The notes under the pieces are model-generated. The model was not told where the DNA came from. It saw only the letters and a list, made by a program, of their open reading frames with translations, and did no database searches. This document shows positions 14,501-26,500 of a stretch of 64,000 nucleotides of DNA, one piece after another. The stretch's first letter is position 1. Each line of letters begins with the position of its first letter. Source of the stretch: Catajapyx aquilonaris (taxonomy: Eukaryota); NCBI GenBank assembly GCA_000934665.2, contig JYFJ02000540.1, positions 62,001 through 126,000 of the forward strand. The letters run 5' to 3'. The translations under genes and the position numbers were made by a program.

Positions 14501-17500
14501 TAACACTGTGTGCAGATTTTCAGATGATGCCAGATGTTGGCTAATTGCTGCCTTCTAATGAGTGGGCTGTGTTTAAAACAAATTACGGACTGTAATAATA
14601 ATTCCAGCCCAGCTAAGTTTGCGGGGAAGTCCCTGCGGTATTGAGAGGCAATATTCGTAGCTCTGTCTTTGTGCAAGTAAAAGCATTAGAGGGCTCCTCG
14701 GATCCGTCTATCTGTTGCCTCTCTTTGTGGTGTGGTCTGGGATAGAGTAGGGGGGGATGGGGACGGGGAGTCTAAAACACAAAACTCCGCTTCCAGGTTA
14801 TGAAAACGTTCCGGACGAATCTCCGGGAGCCCCATTAATTCTCTTTACCGCCATCGATCGCCCACAAAACTTTGAAGAACGTGCAGCTGGTAATAGGATA
14901 TGAGGATTGTATCTCCCTTTTACTGCGGTTTCAAAATCCTCCCCCCCAGCAGCAGCAAAGCCTACCCACCACCACCACCACCACCCATACTAAAGTTTAG
15001 CAATTACCGCCTGACACTTATCATAATTAATACAAGTCGTAACTATGGGAATATCTGAAATGCATTAGGGGGGTGGGCTCTACTAGACACGTAATAAAAA
15101 TTGCATGTTCTGGTAAATCATCCCTGGCCTCCCTCAAAATGAAACTCGCGGGCGCATTAATATCGTGGCTAATTTAGCCTGCAACTTCCCACGCAGACAG
15201 GGATAGTGTCTTACTAGACGAAAATGAGATGCCCTTGGAGTAATCTGCAAATTTCTGCTTGCATGATTAAGCAGCTGTGTTATCCTTGGGAGTGGGCTTA
15301 TATTATTATTACAAAAATATTTTTTTGCGGTGGTCAACAAGGGGCCCCTTTTGTTTTGAGTTGGCCCGAGGGATGAAAGTTTGAAATGTAAATAGAAAGT
15401 GCCAGAGGAGCAAGTACTTGCTGTCCATCACTGTCTGTTTCGGTTTTTGGAGGGATTAAAGTTAGGCACGAGCTTTTGCTACCCTTTGCGATGCTGCTCT
15501 CTTTGTACTCGGCTGGGCTTTATGTCTGTGTGTTTGCGTGCAATTCATTCGGAAAAATATTGTGGCCAATGACCCTTCACAGCCTATTCGGTGAAAAAAA
15601 CCACCAAACAAAAGGAACTGTCCGTCAAAATGCATGCGGAGAGTAGTCAATCATCAGACGGAAACTGGCGAAGATGTCGAAAAGAGTGGCAAGTCGGCAA
15701 GTGTCTCTCGTCAATCAACCATTTTTCCCCCCCTCCATTTTCTTCTCGCTCGAAGAAAACTGAATATGAATCGTGCCGGACGGGTATCCGGAAACGGAAC
15801 AACCAGACGTTGTCTTATATATATGCCCCGTGGAAAACGGTTAGATAGCAGCCCCAGCCTAGGTTCTCCCGGAGTGACATTGATTTTGCATCTCGGAGTT
15901 GCTCGTTTAGAAGTCCGGGGCTTTTCCCTTCCAGTCCTGGCCCGGAGGCATGGACGCCAGACGTCGAGGAATTGAATGGCGTCTTTTCCTGCTGGAGTAT
16001 GTCACAGGGTGTGCCCAAAATCTGGGCCAGTATATACAAGACGTTGTGTGTTACACTGGCAGCAATCGATATTTAATAAATAATAAAAAGTTTGTAATCC
16101 TTCATACATACTGGCTCGTTACTGATGACACTAAGTAATTACCTTTGACTCTCTGAGAGTACTCGGTGTTGAACCACGACTCACTTTTGTTCCACCCTGT
16201 CGCAAACGGCTCCCAGGAAAGCACGCGCTCTCAGAAAATCGTTGTGTTTCCAAATAAGAGAACATCCCCCAGTAACGAGGACTGCTGCTCTGCAACCGGG
16301 CGCGAATTAAAAGGCGCGGCATTACTGTAATTGAAACTTTATGGAATCGTCCCAAGCGATAGGAGGTGAGGGGGGTGACTCGGGCTCGTTACTTTGACTT
16401 CATTTCCTGCAAGCCCTTTGGCGTCATGGCAACGTTTCCATGGCATGGCAAAAGATGGCCGCAATCAATGACCGTTACAAATTGAGTGGAGTTATGGCGC
16501 GATTCTGCTCACAGCTTCTCACAACGCGACTAACAGGCGGCGCAAGAGAAGAAAAAAATAGATCAGGCGTTTTGCTCATTACGTTAAATAAAGATCTTGC
16601 CATCGTTTACCCTCCAGTTTTTGAAGCAATCTAGTCTGATCGACCTGGGACCGGCCGTTAAAAAAATAAATAAACTGTCGCCGACTTTATCGCCAATTTC
16701 TCATCGTGTTAATACCGCCCGAAACAGGAAGCCATACCGTTGCACTTGGAATGAAATATAACAGGCGGCTTTTTTCACCGGCGCCATGTTGTAAAGCACG
16801 CCACTCGCCTATTCCGCTCATAAAAATTCCCATCAGGTGTGATTTATATATATGGAGTGTTAAAAAAAACTACGAGGGAGAAAAAAAGGAGCAGAAGATA
16901 TTGCTAGACGTCCAATATTGATTACCAATAGCTGGGGGGAGATGGCAGACTCCTTTTCCCTATTTGCACCTAGATTAATGCCGGTCTGGAATAAAGAGAT
17001 GCGGAGATTGCTGAATTTGTCACAGACAGAAACAAACAGAATTCAATAACCCGATCCGGAGCCCCGATCATTGAAATGCCATGAGGATGTGGAAATAATG
17101 AAAAACGAGCTGTCTCCGAGTTGTCAGCGCCACACGGACCGCATTCTAAATCGACTCTTGACTTTGATCCCCCCCCCCCNCCCCTCTTTTTTTTTTGGAT
17201 GCGTGTGTTCCAAACCCGAGTCAGGCGGATTTTTTTGCACGACTCCTGGAATTGCACATGTGAGCAGCCACGGCTGGGGCCAGCCCCAGAAGTTCCTTCT
17301 CTGCGTCCAATTATGCATGAGGTAAAAGGTCGTTTGGCGTCACTCACCTCCAACCTCCCTCCCTCCCTCCGACCAAAAACCATCAAGGCTCTTTAGCTGC
17401 CTCTCTCAGGGGGGATCCTCTCCGCTTTGCATTGCAAAGTCCTCTCCTAAGAGCAATTCCCGATCATAAACGCCATATAAATCACACCCTGAGCTTCCTG

Positions 17501-20500
17501 ATTCAGAGTCGCCCTGATGGAAGCAAAAGCCCTGCCTCGTGACGGTTGTTTATCGTCCCGGAAGCCCTTCCAACCTAATTGCCAATGACTCAAGTTCAAA
17601 GGCCCTAGCTATGCCACAAGGAGCTAGGCCTAGTTAGTTCACAATGAGCTAGGCCTAGTTGGCCCACATGGAGCTAGGCATAGTTGGCCCACATGGAGCT
17701 AGGCCTAGTTGACCCACATGCAGCTAGGCCTAGCCAGACCTAGCAGTGTTGAAAAAAAATTGCAGAATAACGCTACCAGCAATCGCCATTTTCTCAACCA
17801 TAATGTGCACATAAGGTGGCCAAAAATGAGGTAGCCCCAAAGTTTAGGCTTGTGCCGATAGTTTCGCCAAACCTTTTCCGTATAACCGCTCCCAACTTTG
17901 CCAAATCACTGACAGCATATGCCGATAATCTCATCTGCTTCTCTGGCTCGGTAAATCCCATCTCATAGTTGACTGCTATCCCGGGCCAGGCCGCAATTGA
18001 AAATAAAGCCCATCTCAAGCTTCCGAGTTGCAGTTACCAGCACGCCAAAATGAGGGTGTTGGAGCCTTTATAGATGGATCTATATACCAGGTTTGGCAGT
18101 TTCCAAGATTTTTTTTTTTCGGGTGTTGGAAAATGGAAGGAGGGGTGGGTGAGGAAGAAAAGCAATTGAGGAAGCGCAGGACAGCAGTTTGGAGTCTATC
18201 TCGCCACCTTAATTTCCCCTGGAGTCTCATCTGCCTGGTGCGGAGATTACTTAGCCTTCCTTATCGCACCCAATTACAGCCAGTCTTGTTGGCATATACA
18301 CAAGAAAGGTCGCACACGGGGTGGCCCAAAACGGCGATTTTTGACCAGAAACTGATCAGTTGTGATAAGCAGCAGGATTCTCCAGAAGCAGCGAATTTCG
18401 TCACACCAATATCACACGTAGGCTATACTTTTTTTTGCAAGCATTTGCTCACAACGACTCCAGAATTGTTGGCTGTGATCTAATATAACAACTTTATGCG
18501 TTTAGCCAGGGAGGCGCACCGGACATAAACGGTAACTGTGCCGTATAAACACCAATTTGTCACGACATTTAAAACACATACACAGAGAGAGAAATTGCTC
18601 GGGTGCGGACGGCAGTGTTGCAACCTCGCCAATCTGGAAGCCGTTATGCTAAAGCGAAGACATAAACCTTGCAATGTCCCCTTCTAGTTTTTTTTCCGCA
18701 ATTTTTCCTCCAATGAAAACCGAGTGCCATAACGGACCTAGCGCGATAGAGAGGGGCTGCATTCCCGTAATAAACAGGTTTTAGTGTGCGGGCTGCATCC
18801 AGAGCCGCCTATTTTCTGAATGGCTCCAGAGTCTTTACTACTCTGCGGCTCTATTTTGCAACTAGCCAACGCCTTCTGATCTAATCAGCAGTCGCCTGGG
18901 CTTGATGAGTCCATCAAAGGATTCTCTACTCGGTATTATCGTTCATCAACTTCAAACGAGACTGCTTCTCATCAAGTTAAGCCCCGGTCTCTCTCCTCCA
19001 AATGCACTTTGTAGCGTGACAGTCGCGTGACGCTAATGCGAGGCTACGTGATGTGTAGGTTCAGCACCACGTTTTCATTTTGCCGGTTGCTTTAAAAAAT
19101 TAACACTGGCTCTGTCGGAGTCAAGAAGTTGCCTGCAGAATATCAGGGGAAGTACATTCGGATTCTAAGTCTATAAACCTTGCAGAGTCTTACAACCACG
19201 TCAATCTGGTATCGCTCTGTCGGGGGTCGGCCTCCAATCTGGACGAAATCAAGAAAAATCTTCCCCCTCTTGGCCCCCACTTTTGTTCTTCTTGCAGTTT
19301 GATTGATGGCCGGCGGCTATTCACAAAGGATATTGGGGGATCTGCCACCAAATCCCAGCGGCCGGTGATGGATGAGGCCGCCATCAAGGACTATACACAC
19401 TGATGCCCCACACATACTCGCACGGTCAGAAACTTGTAGCAAATATTCTACAGAATGGCACCACCTCACATACTGTATACGCGTAAAATAACAATTAAAA
19501 CTGATTGCTACAGTGGACGACATATCACATTTTGTTAGATTGTGGTTCGGGCAGTCCACCCTGAGTATGAGGTCAAAGGTCGCATTTAGCAAGGGTTACG
19601 ACCTCCCCGTAGTTATAACGAGTTTGGAGAGTCGCTGCTTAATTCGCGCAGATTACCCGGGCGAGGATGACCGGAAAGTATGTTTATTGGAGGTGATTCC
19701 ATGGGTGCGTGTGTGTGTCCGGATGAAGGGTTTGCCACCCAACTCCGGACCAAGGGTGTGATTAAAAGCAGAGTTTTTTTTTCTCTCTCTCGCTCTCTCT
19801 GAAACCCAGCTCAGATTCTGAAGCTTAAATCAGATGTGATTTCAGGGATGGGAGAGGTAGGGGAAGGGGGGGGGAGCATTTACTCGTAATTTTTTACGAG
19901 CGCTCCGTAGACTTAATGCGCGGAACGAGAAAGTCGAAGGATGGCTTTAAGAGGGCCATTCAGATGTTGTGAACCATAATAAAGTCCATCACTGTTTTTG
20001 AGGGAGGATCCGCATTAACGGTGCCTTTTAATCTCGAAAAGATGATTTTATTCTGAATGGATGCCTCGCAGGCGGGGGGATTAATAGGTATGTGCTATCC
20101 ATATAGACTTGGGTGCTGCACTAGAGATGCCTGTACTTTACAGGTCCGGGATTAATTAGGCCTTTTCTCGCATCAGCTCACTTCACACTTTAATTAACCA
20201 ATCTGAATGCCTTTGTCACTCCAGTGATAATGAACAGCCCAGGTATATCATCAACTGACAGGGGACACCAACCAATTCCAGAAATTCCGGATCAAAATGT
20301 GGAAAAGGGCGTATATAGGGTTGAGTGACGGTGTGTCATTTCAGATTATTGAATTTTTTCCTCGTCGACGAGCAGAGCTGACGATCCGATAGCGTACCTT
20401 AAACTCGGCTCGAACTGCTCGGGTCTATTCATCAAACTATACTGTGAGCGCAAATGGAAGTTATGACATGTACTATAGGGGCTAGAAAGATGGTGGCGAT

Positions 20501-23500
20501 TTTTTTCCCCTGCAAGGATCAAACGAGTTCACTGGAAATCCGGTGATGTCCTTGATCCATCATGAAATGTACGGTACGTCAAAGTACAAGGTGTTTGATA
20601 ATAATTCATAATGTTCACTTCATGTGCAGGAGTCCAAATTATTAAGAAAAGTGCTGCAGTATGCCATATATTATGCCTATTTTTTTGTCCACGACGGTAT
20701 ATACAGTACCTCCTGTGCATGTGCAATATCCTTAAAGTTAATATAAAAATTTAAAGGTCGCAAATACTGTACAGTACCTTCCAGCTCCAGGCAGAGGAGT
20801 TTGTCCCAGCAGGTTCTCATCTCTAAGCCAACCGGTCACCTCCACAAGGTCCCGGACAAAATCCGGGACAGAGCACCGGAGGACGGCCACGTTTCCTCGG
20901 ACAACCACCACATTGTACACCTGCACTGTGTACGGTTGGGCCACAACTAGAAGAGAGAAAATGTTAAAATTATAAGCACATGCTGGTCACTCTGCAATGC
21001 GCTGTGATGAATTGTGAACCAGCAGACAGAATGCTGGGGTTGGTGCAAAATAAATGACGATAATGTTGACCCGTGACGTATCCAATGAATATTTTGCCAG
21101 CCATGAAAGAGTTCATGAAAAAGTCACAGGTTACAGTGCACAACCGACAAAAGTTCAAGCTTAACCTTCAGGGAAACCTACTCAAGATCCATTTGATCCA
21201 CCTGAACAGTCCGCGTTAATTATATAAAAGGCTCGCCTGCAACTTGATGTTTTAGCAGTACCTTCAAACTGGGTGAGATTGTGCCAGTGTAATTTTGGAC
21301 AACAGTGGCAACAGGCGTAAACTAGCGAATTTTGGCGTGTTTCACTACATTGACAGATGGTCATGGTTGACAATGACGAGTAAAATTGACTGTAGGGCGC
21401 AATAATGTCCACAAAAATGAGCTGGCACAATCTCACCCCGTTTGACGGTATGTCTCAGAAGATATTCTGTGAAGTTTGCACCTTACGATCACCCTGAGGA
21501 CAATACCCTTGTCTCTGAGGAAAGAAAAAATTTCTTCTCAATTTTTCGGTACGTCTCTCCTTCCATCCGAGGAGACAATAGGATAGAGGCGCGTTGTGAC
21601 ACGGCCCCGCGCGCAAAGTACACGTGCCTCTGGGACGCCCAAACTAGCAGACAGACTCGCTGGGTGGAATTCCTCTCTTTCTCTTTTCTCTCAACCCTCG
21701 TTTCTATCTGGGGCTTGTAGTGCACGCTCGGGCACCTCACTCTGTCTCTCCCTCCCATTCCCCTGGAGGTTCTTCCTAGCCTGGGCCCAGAAATCAAAAG
21801 CGAAGGCAGATCAAAGGAAAAGCTGGGTGGAGGAGTAGAGAGAGAGGTGGGGGTGGTTCCAACTCGGGCTCTAACCGGGTCTGGGATGTGGTGGGTTCAG
21901 CTTTTCTGCACAGAGGCCCGCCTTTCCTTCTTTTTTTTTTTAATGGCATTTTTTTTGCCTTTTCAGTCTCGCTCATCGCCAATCAGACGATTGAGGAGAA
22001 ACACTTTCGGAGACTCCGGGCCTATTTGCTGCTTTATTGAACCTAATCAAATTTTGATTGCTTAAAGATTTTGCTGGAAAAGTCCGTGTTCAATGCCGGA
22101 TGTGTATAAGGTTTGGTTAGTTAAATATGGAAATCCTAAGTCTATTAGGTACCAGATGAATAGCATGCCACATAAATAATTGTATTACAATGAAATCACG
22201 ATTCGTCGTTTTAGTCTGGATAAAAAGGAAGGGATGCAGGAAAACACTGGATACGGGAAAACGACGAATACGGGAAAACGATACATCCGGGAACGATTGA
22301 TTTAGGTTTCACAGCACATTAACCCTGGAACTGTGATGTGGGGTCTTTTAGGACCCCAAAGAAATTAAAATGCATTAAAATGATAATTACTATGAACTTT
22401 TGTCATTAACGTATGCATGTTTATTTTGAATTAGCGATCATTTTAGGCATTGTTCAAAGAATGATTGCATGTAGTCAATACATTGAAAATTATTATATAA
22501 AAAATTAATAAAAATGAAAATATGGATGGGGTCCTAAAAGACCCCGCGTCACGGTTGCCGTAACTTTCAGGCACGTCAAGGTTCCAGGGTTAAATTGCTA
22601 CACTTCTGTACTTCAACAATCAGTGTAAAATAATTGACACCTTGCAGATAACGTAAAAGTTGACGTGGGGATACGTCTGAACCAATTTAATATTCGCGTC
22701 TGTCGTTTGAACTTGGCACGTCATGAGCCTTATTGAGAAGCTCCTTAGTTTGGGCACGCAAGGTTTGGCCTATTTTTTTTCTCGCGCGCTCTCTCACTCT
22801 CTCTTTTTTACAGAGCCTTCGTGCTTTACGATGTTGGATAAAAGAGAAAGGGGAGGTGCCGCACAGCCCACCCATTCATTTCCACTCGGCCTACAAGTTA
22901 ATGGAAGAACAGGAAAAGGCATTCCCGAAAAAGTTTTCAGAGCCGAGGAAAAGAAGAAGAGGAGGAATTAGCAGGTGGGGTGGTGCCAGAGTAAGTAGGT
23001 TGGGTGACGACCCTTTTTATTTTCCTCTTCCTTCCTTCCCCTGCAATTAAAACTGCTCGACAGACCTCTATGCACTGCTAGGAAGGACTCGCAAGGCTTA
23101 CTTGCTCTCATTTGTCATATTCCATTGTTGTTACCAACATGTATGTAGGCCTACTTGAGAAATACGTATTTGGTTATTTGGCGATAAGGCAAGCTGAGAA
23201 ATTCTATGATACCAGACATTCAGAGCCATAAAATGTGGGCTGTCCGATTCGAATTACACCTAGCTCCAACCTGGCTTGCTTCTTTTTTATATTTCCAGCT
23301 GTGCAACTCCAGCCCTGTCATTATCAATATTAAATTTGTCCCTGCCTTGAATGTCGCGTGACTTGGCAGCCCTTTCAGCAGTCCCCGACCGTAATCGCCC
23401 CAGTACCTGTACGGACTAAAATCTGTACAGCCAGCCAGGCCCCTTCTAGGCCAAGCTCATTTCATCTGCAACTCACGACTTTCCGTGTAGGCTTTTTGGT

Positions 23501-26500
23501 AGGAAGCCCCCGCAGTCAACCCACCCACCCCCAACGCAAGTCCCTGATAAAAGCCACGTGCTGCTAAGCACCTTTTTCTTTCGACTCTAATCCGCCCCCG
23601 CCAAAAACCCGTTAAAATCCAGGCAGGGACGACCTTTACTCACGACCATTTCCGTGTATTTAATGAGGATGGCAAAGAGGGGGGAAATGTGCCAATTCCA
23701 ACCAGGTAGAAGGCGAGATGATTTTTTTTGGACCCCTCCAAAAAAAAGGGCGTCACCCAAAAATCGACTCCTTTGCCACTTTTCGACGAACCTCATTCGT
23801 CTTTAGCCAGGTATAGCCCTTGTTCTGGAGCTAAAAGAAGGGAAAAAATGTGAGTACCTCTTGGATGGAGGAAAAGAAAAAGTGTCTTGGACCTTCTCCC
23901 AGGCTCAGTTTCCGTCTACTCAATGCTGAAGGATGGCATCAAAGTTTAACCTCTTTTCCTCTTCCAATTCCATCGACTGGGCATGAAGCAGCTGCGTTTG
24001 TCACCGATTTTCTCGCATATAGGCTTTTGAAAGAAAAGGGGAAAGAGAAAGGACATGGGGTTGAAAGTGTCTGGGTTGATGCGGTTCTGTCACTTGGCTA
24101 CAAATTGGAGGGATTTTTGGGAATCAATCGTTAAGTGATGACAAAAATTGCTTCGTTTTGATGAATAATGTGATAAGGTTTGACAAAACCATGGAATATG
24201 TACGAATTAAAATAATGTGGTGTCCATTCAGAAAAACATATTTTTTTCGAAGTAATGTTTGTTAAATCAAGGGTGGCAAATGGACAATGTATTTCATATG
24301 AATAGCTGAATTGCATTTTTCAACCACACAATCAAACCTTTGTGGCTTGAGACGTAAAAGGGATGGAACTAATATTACAGTAGATGCTCTCAATAATTCA
24401 GGCCCAGCGGCTTTGAAATACTGTACATCCCACTGAGCGGAACATGCACCGTGAAAATACAGTAAATGTTGCGCACCCGAGCAGCAGACCTGATGCTAAT
24501 TTATTTTGGCATGTTTTGTAGCCTTCATGTTGGAAAAAAACGCATTTAACGCACTGGGAGCCGTGTATAATGTGTAAACTTCATGAACAAAAACTCCATT
24601 GTGGCACAAAGATTATCTATGAGTTGAACTTGTTGATTCTCTTTAAACAGTCATTATCTTCCTCATATGTGCAGCTTGTACTCGACTCTTAAATATCCAC
24701 ATATGACACTGACACCTAATCCCAAATTAAAATTAAATACTGCCCCCAGAATCCCATTTCTGTTCGCAGCATCTGCAGCTATTACGCGGATTGGCGAAGG
24801 CGATTTCTCCAGCTTAGAACATCTTCCATTTGAAAGGGCTCGTTTCGCCAGTCGCAAGAAAGGCAAGAGCAATTTCTTATCCTTGGGAAACACACACACC
24901 CACACACAAAAAAAAATCGGAGGGGGGGTAGAGACCAGCCCACCTTTTCGGCCAAGGAATCATGTTGAGAAGTGGTCAGGACGACCTCTGGGAAGAAACC
25001 CGAAAAAAAGAGAAGAGAATAACACCCCTCCTTCTCCCGATTCTCCCCAGTGGACGAAGCTTTTCAAGTGGAGGGCTGGCCGCAAGGAAAAGGAGAAGAG
25101 AAATATTCTATGGAGGCCCAGAGGGGATCTGACACTGAAGAAACGCTCTTTTCACTCCAGGCCATCTGTCGGTGCAAGCACGCCCACTCCTTACTCTCTT
25201 CTTCTTTTTTTCTATTATTTCTTAACCTCCTCTCTCCAAGCATCCTTGCATCAGAATAAGGGTTGCGGAGTATACGTTTGACCCATTTCGCCAAATGCCG
25301 ACTCTGCACTGTATTAGTCATCTCTAGTGCTTCTGTCGGTGACACTTATTCAAAGCACCTCAGCCTCATAAAAAAATGGGACGGTATGCATCAGCATCAG
25401 GAATTTTTTGGAGTACAAGTGCATAAGGTTTTGGAGCGAAAAAGTCTCTCTCCAAAATGAGAAAGTGGTTGTCATCACTCTTCTGTTTTGCAGGAGGATA
25501 AAAATGTGCGAAATTTTCTAATTTAGCGGATGTCGGCCTGTATAGTGTGGCGCGACCTTTGAAGAGTCCAAAAAGGTTTCTGGCAGCGATCCAAAGAGAA
25601 CGTGGGTATTTTTTTTCTCTCTCCCGACTGCACCTATTGGGGTGACAAGCATGCAGAAGGTTTAGAGCATCGGTGCGTGCCTATGTTTCTGAGGTGATTT
25701 GAATTCCGCGCGTTCAGGCGGCAACATCGCATCAACGGTGTTGCCGCCTTGTCACCTCGATCGGACTCCTGGCATAGGCAGAATGTTTTTCATATTTCAG
25801 TCAGGGCGTGGTCTTACAAAGAATACCTCTGGCGAAACTATATCTACTTAAATCGTACTTTAAAAAATAATAATAATATCACGTTTAGGACATTCAACGC
25901 CATAATTGCTGCCAATTTTAGTGACGGAAATAGTGCGGATAAACAATTGAAAAATTTCTGCACAAGTTATTATTTTTCCACTTTTATATTAGCATTATTT
26001 ATAGCATAACTTGAAACTGCACATTTAAGTGCGAAAGCTTCCATGAAATCCGTCCGTAATTATCAGGTATTATTTCCAGACTTAGTGTTAGTCTATAAAT
26101 AATTTCAACGTTTGAACTTTCTTTGATAACCATCAATTATTATCGGTCCTTGTACTCCCACTTAATTCATAACCAATTCCATTAAATAATTCCCCGATTT
26201 TCCTTACAGTTAAGCGACTGACCCTTCGAATAGTGGGTGTGCAAAAGTTTCTGAGGTTGTAACGTCATAGCTAGAGTCCCGTGCGACTCATAAGTACAAA
26301 CCCTGCCGTTAATTATATATCGCCTTATTCCGCTAGGCCTCGTCCTCATTATTACATAATTGAAGACCAGGTATCCAAAATCGTGTCGCTGAATTAGCAT
26401 CAGCCTTTCCGGCCTCCAAATTATTCAGATCCAGCCCCCCCTAACTTCATCCGACGTAATTTCACGTGAACATGACATGTTTGGACCTGGGAAATAACAG

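Noticed and set aside
17601..17744. CRISPR-like appearance of regularly spaced palindromic repeats
   Set aside because: The units are contiguous with no unique spacers, the context is a eukaryotic intron and no cas genes are present.
24667..25281. Longest ORF in the track (204 aa); ORFs at 2285-2830 and 48325-48867 are similar cases
   Set aside because: Composition is driven by homopolymer and low-complexity runs (K, F, P, G) and no domain is evident.
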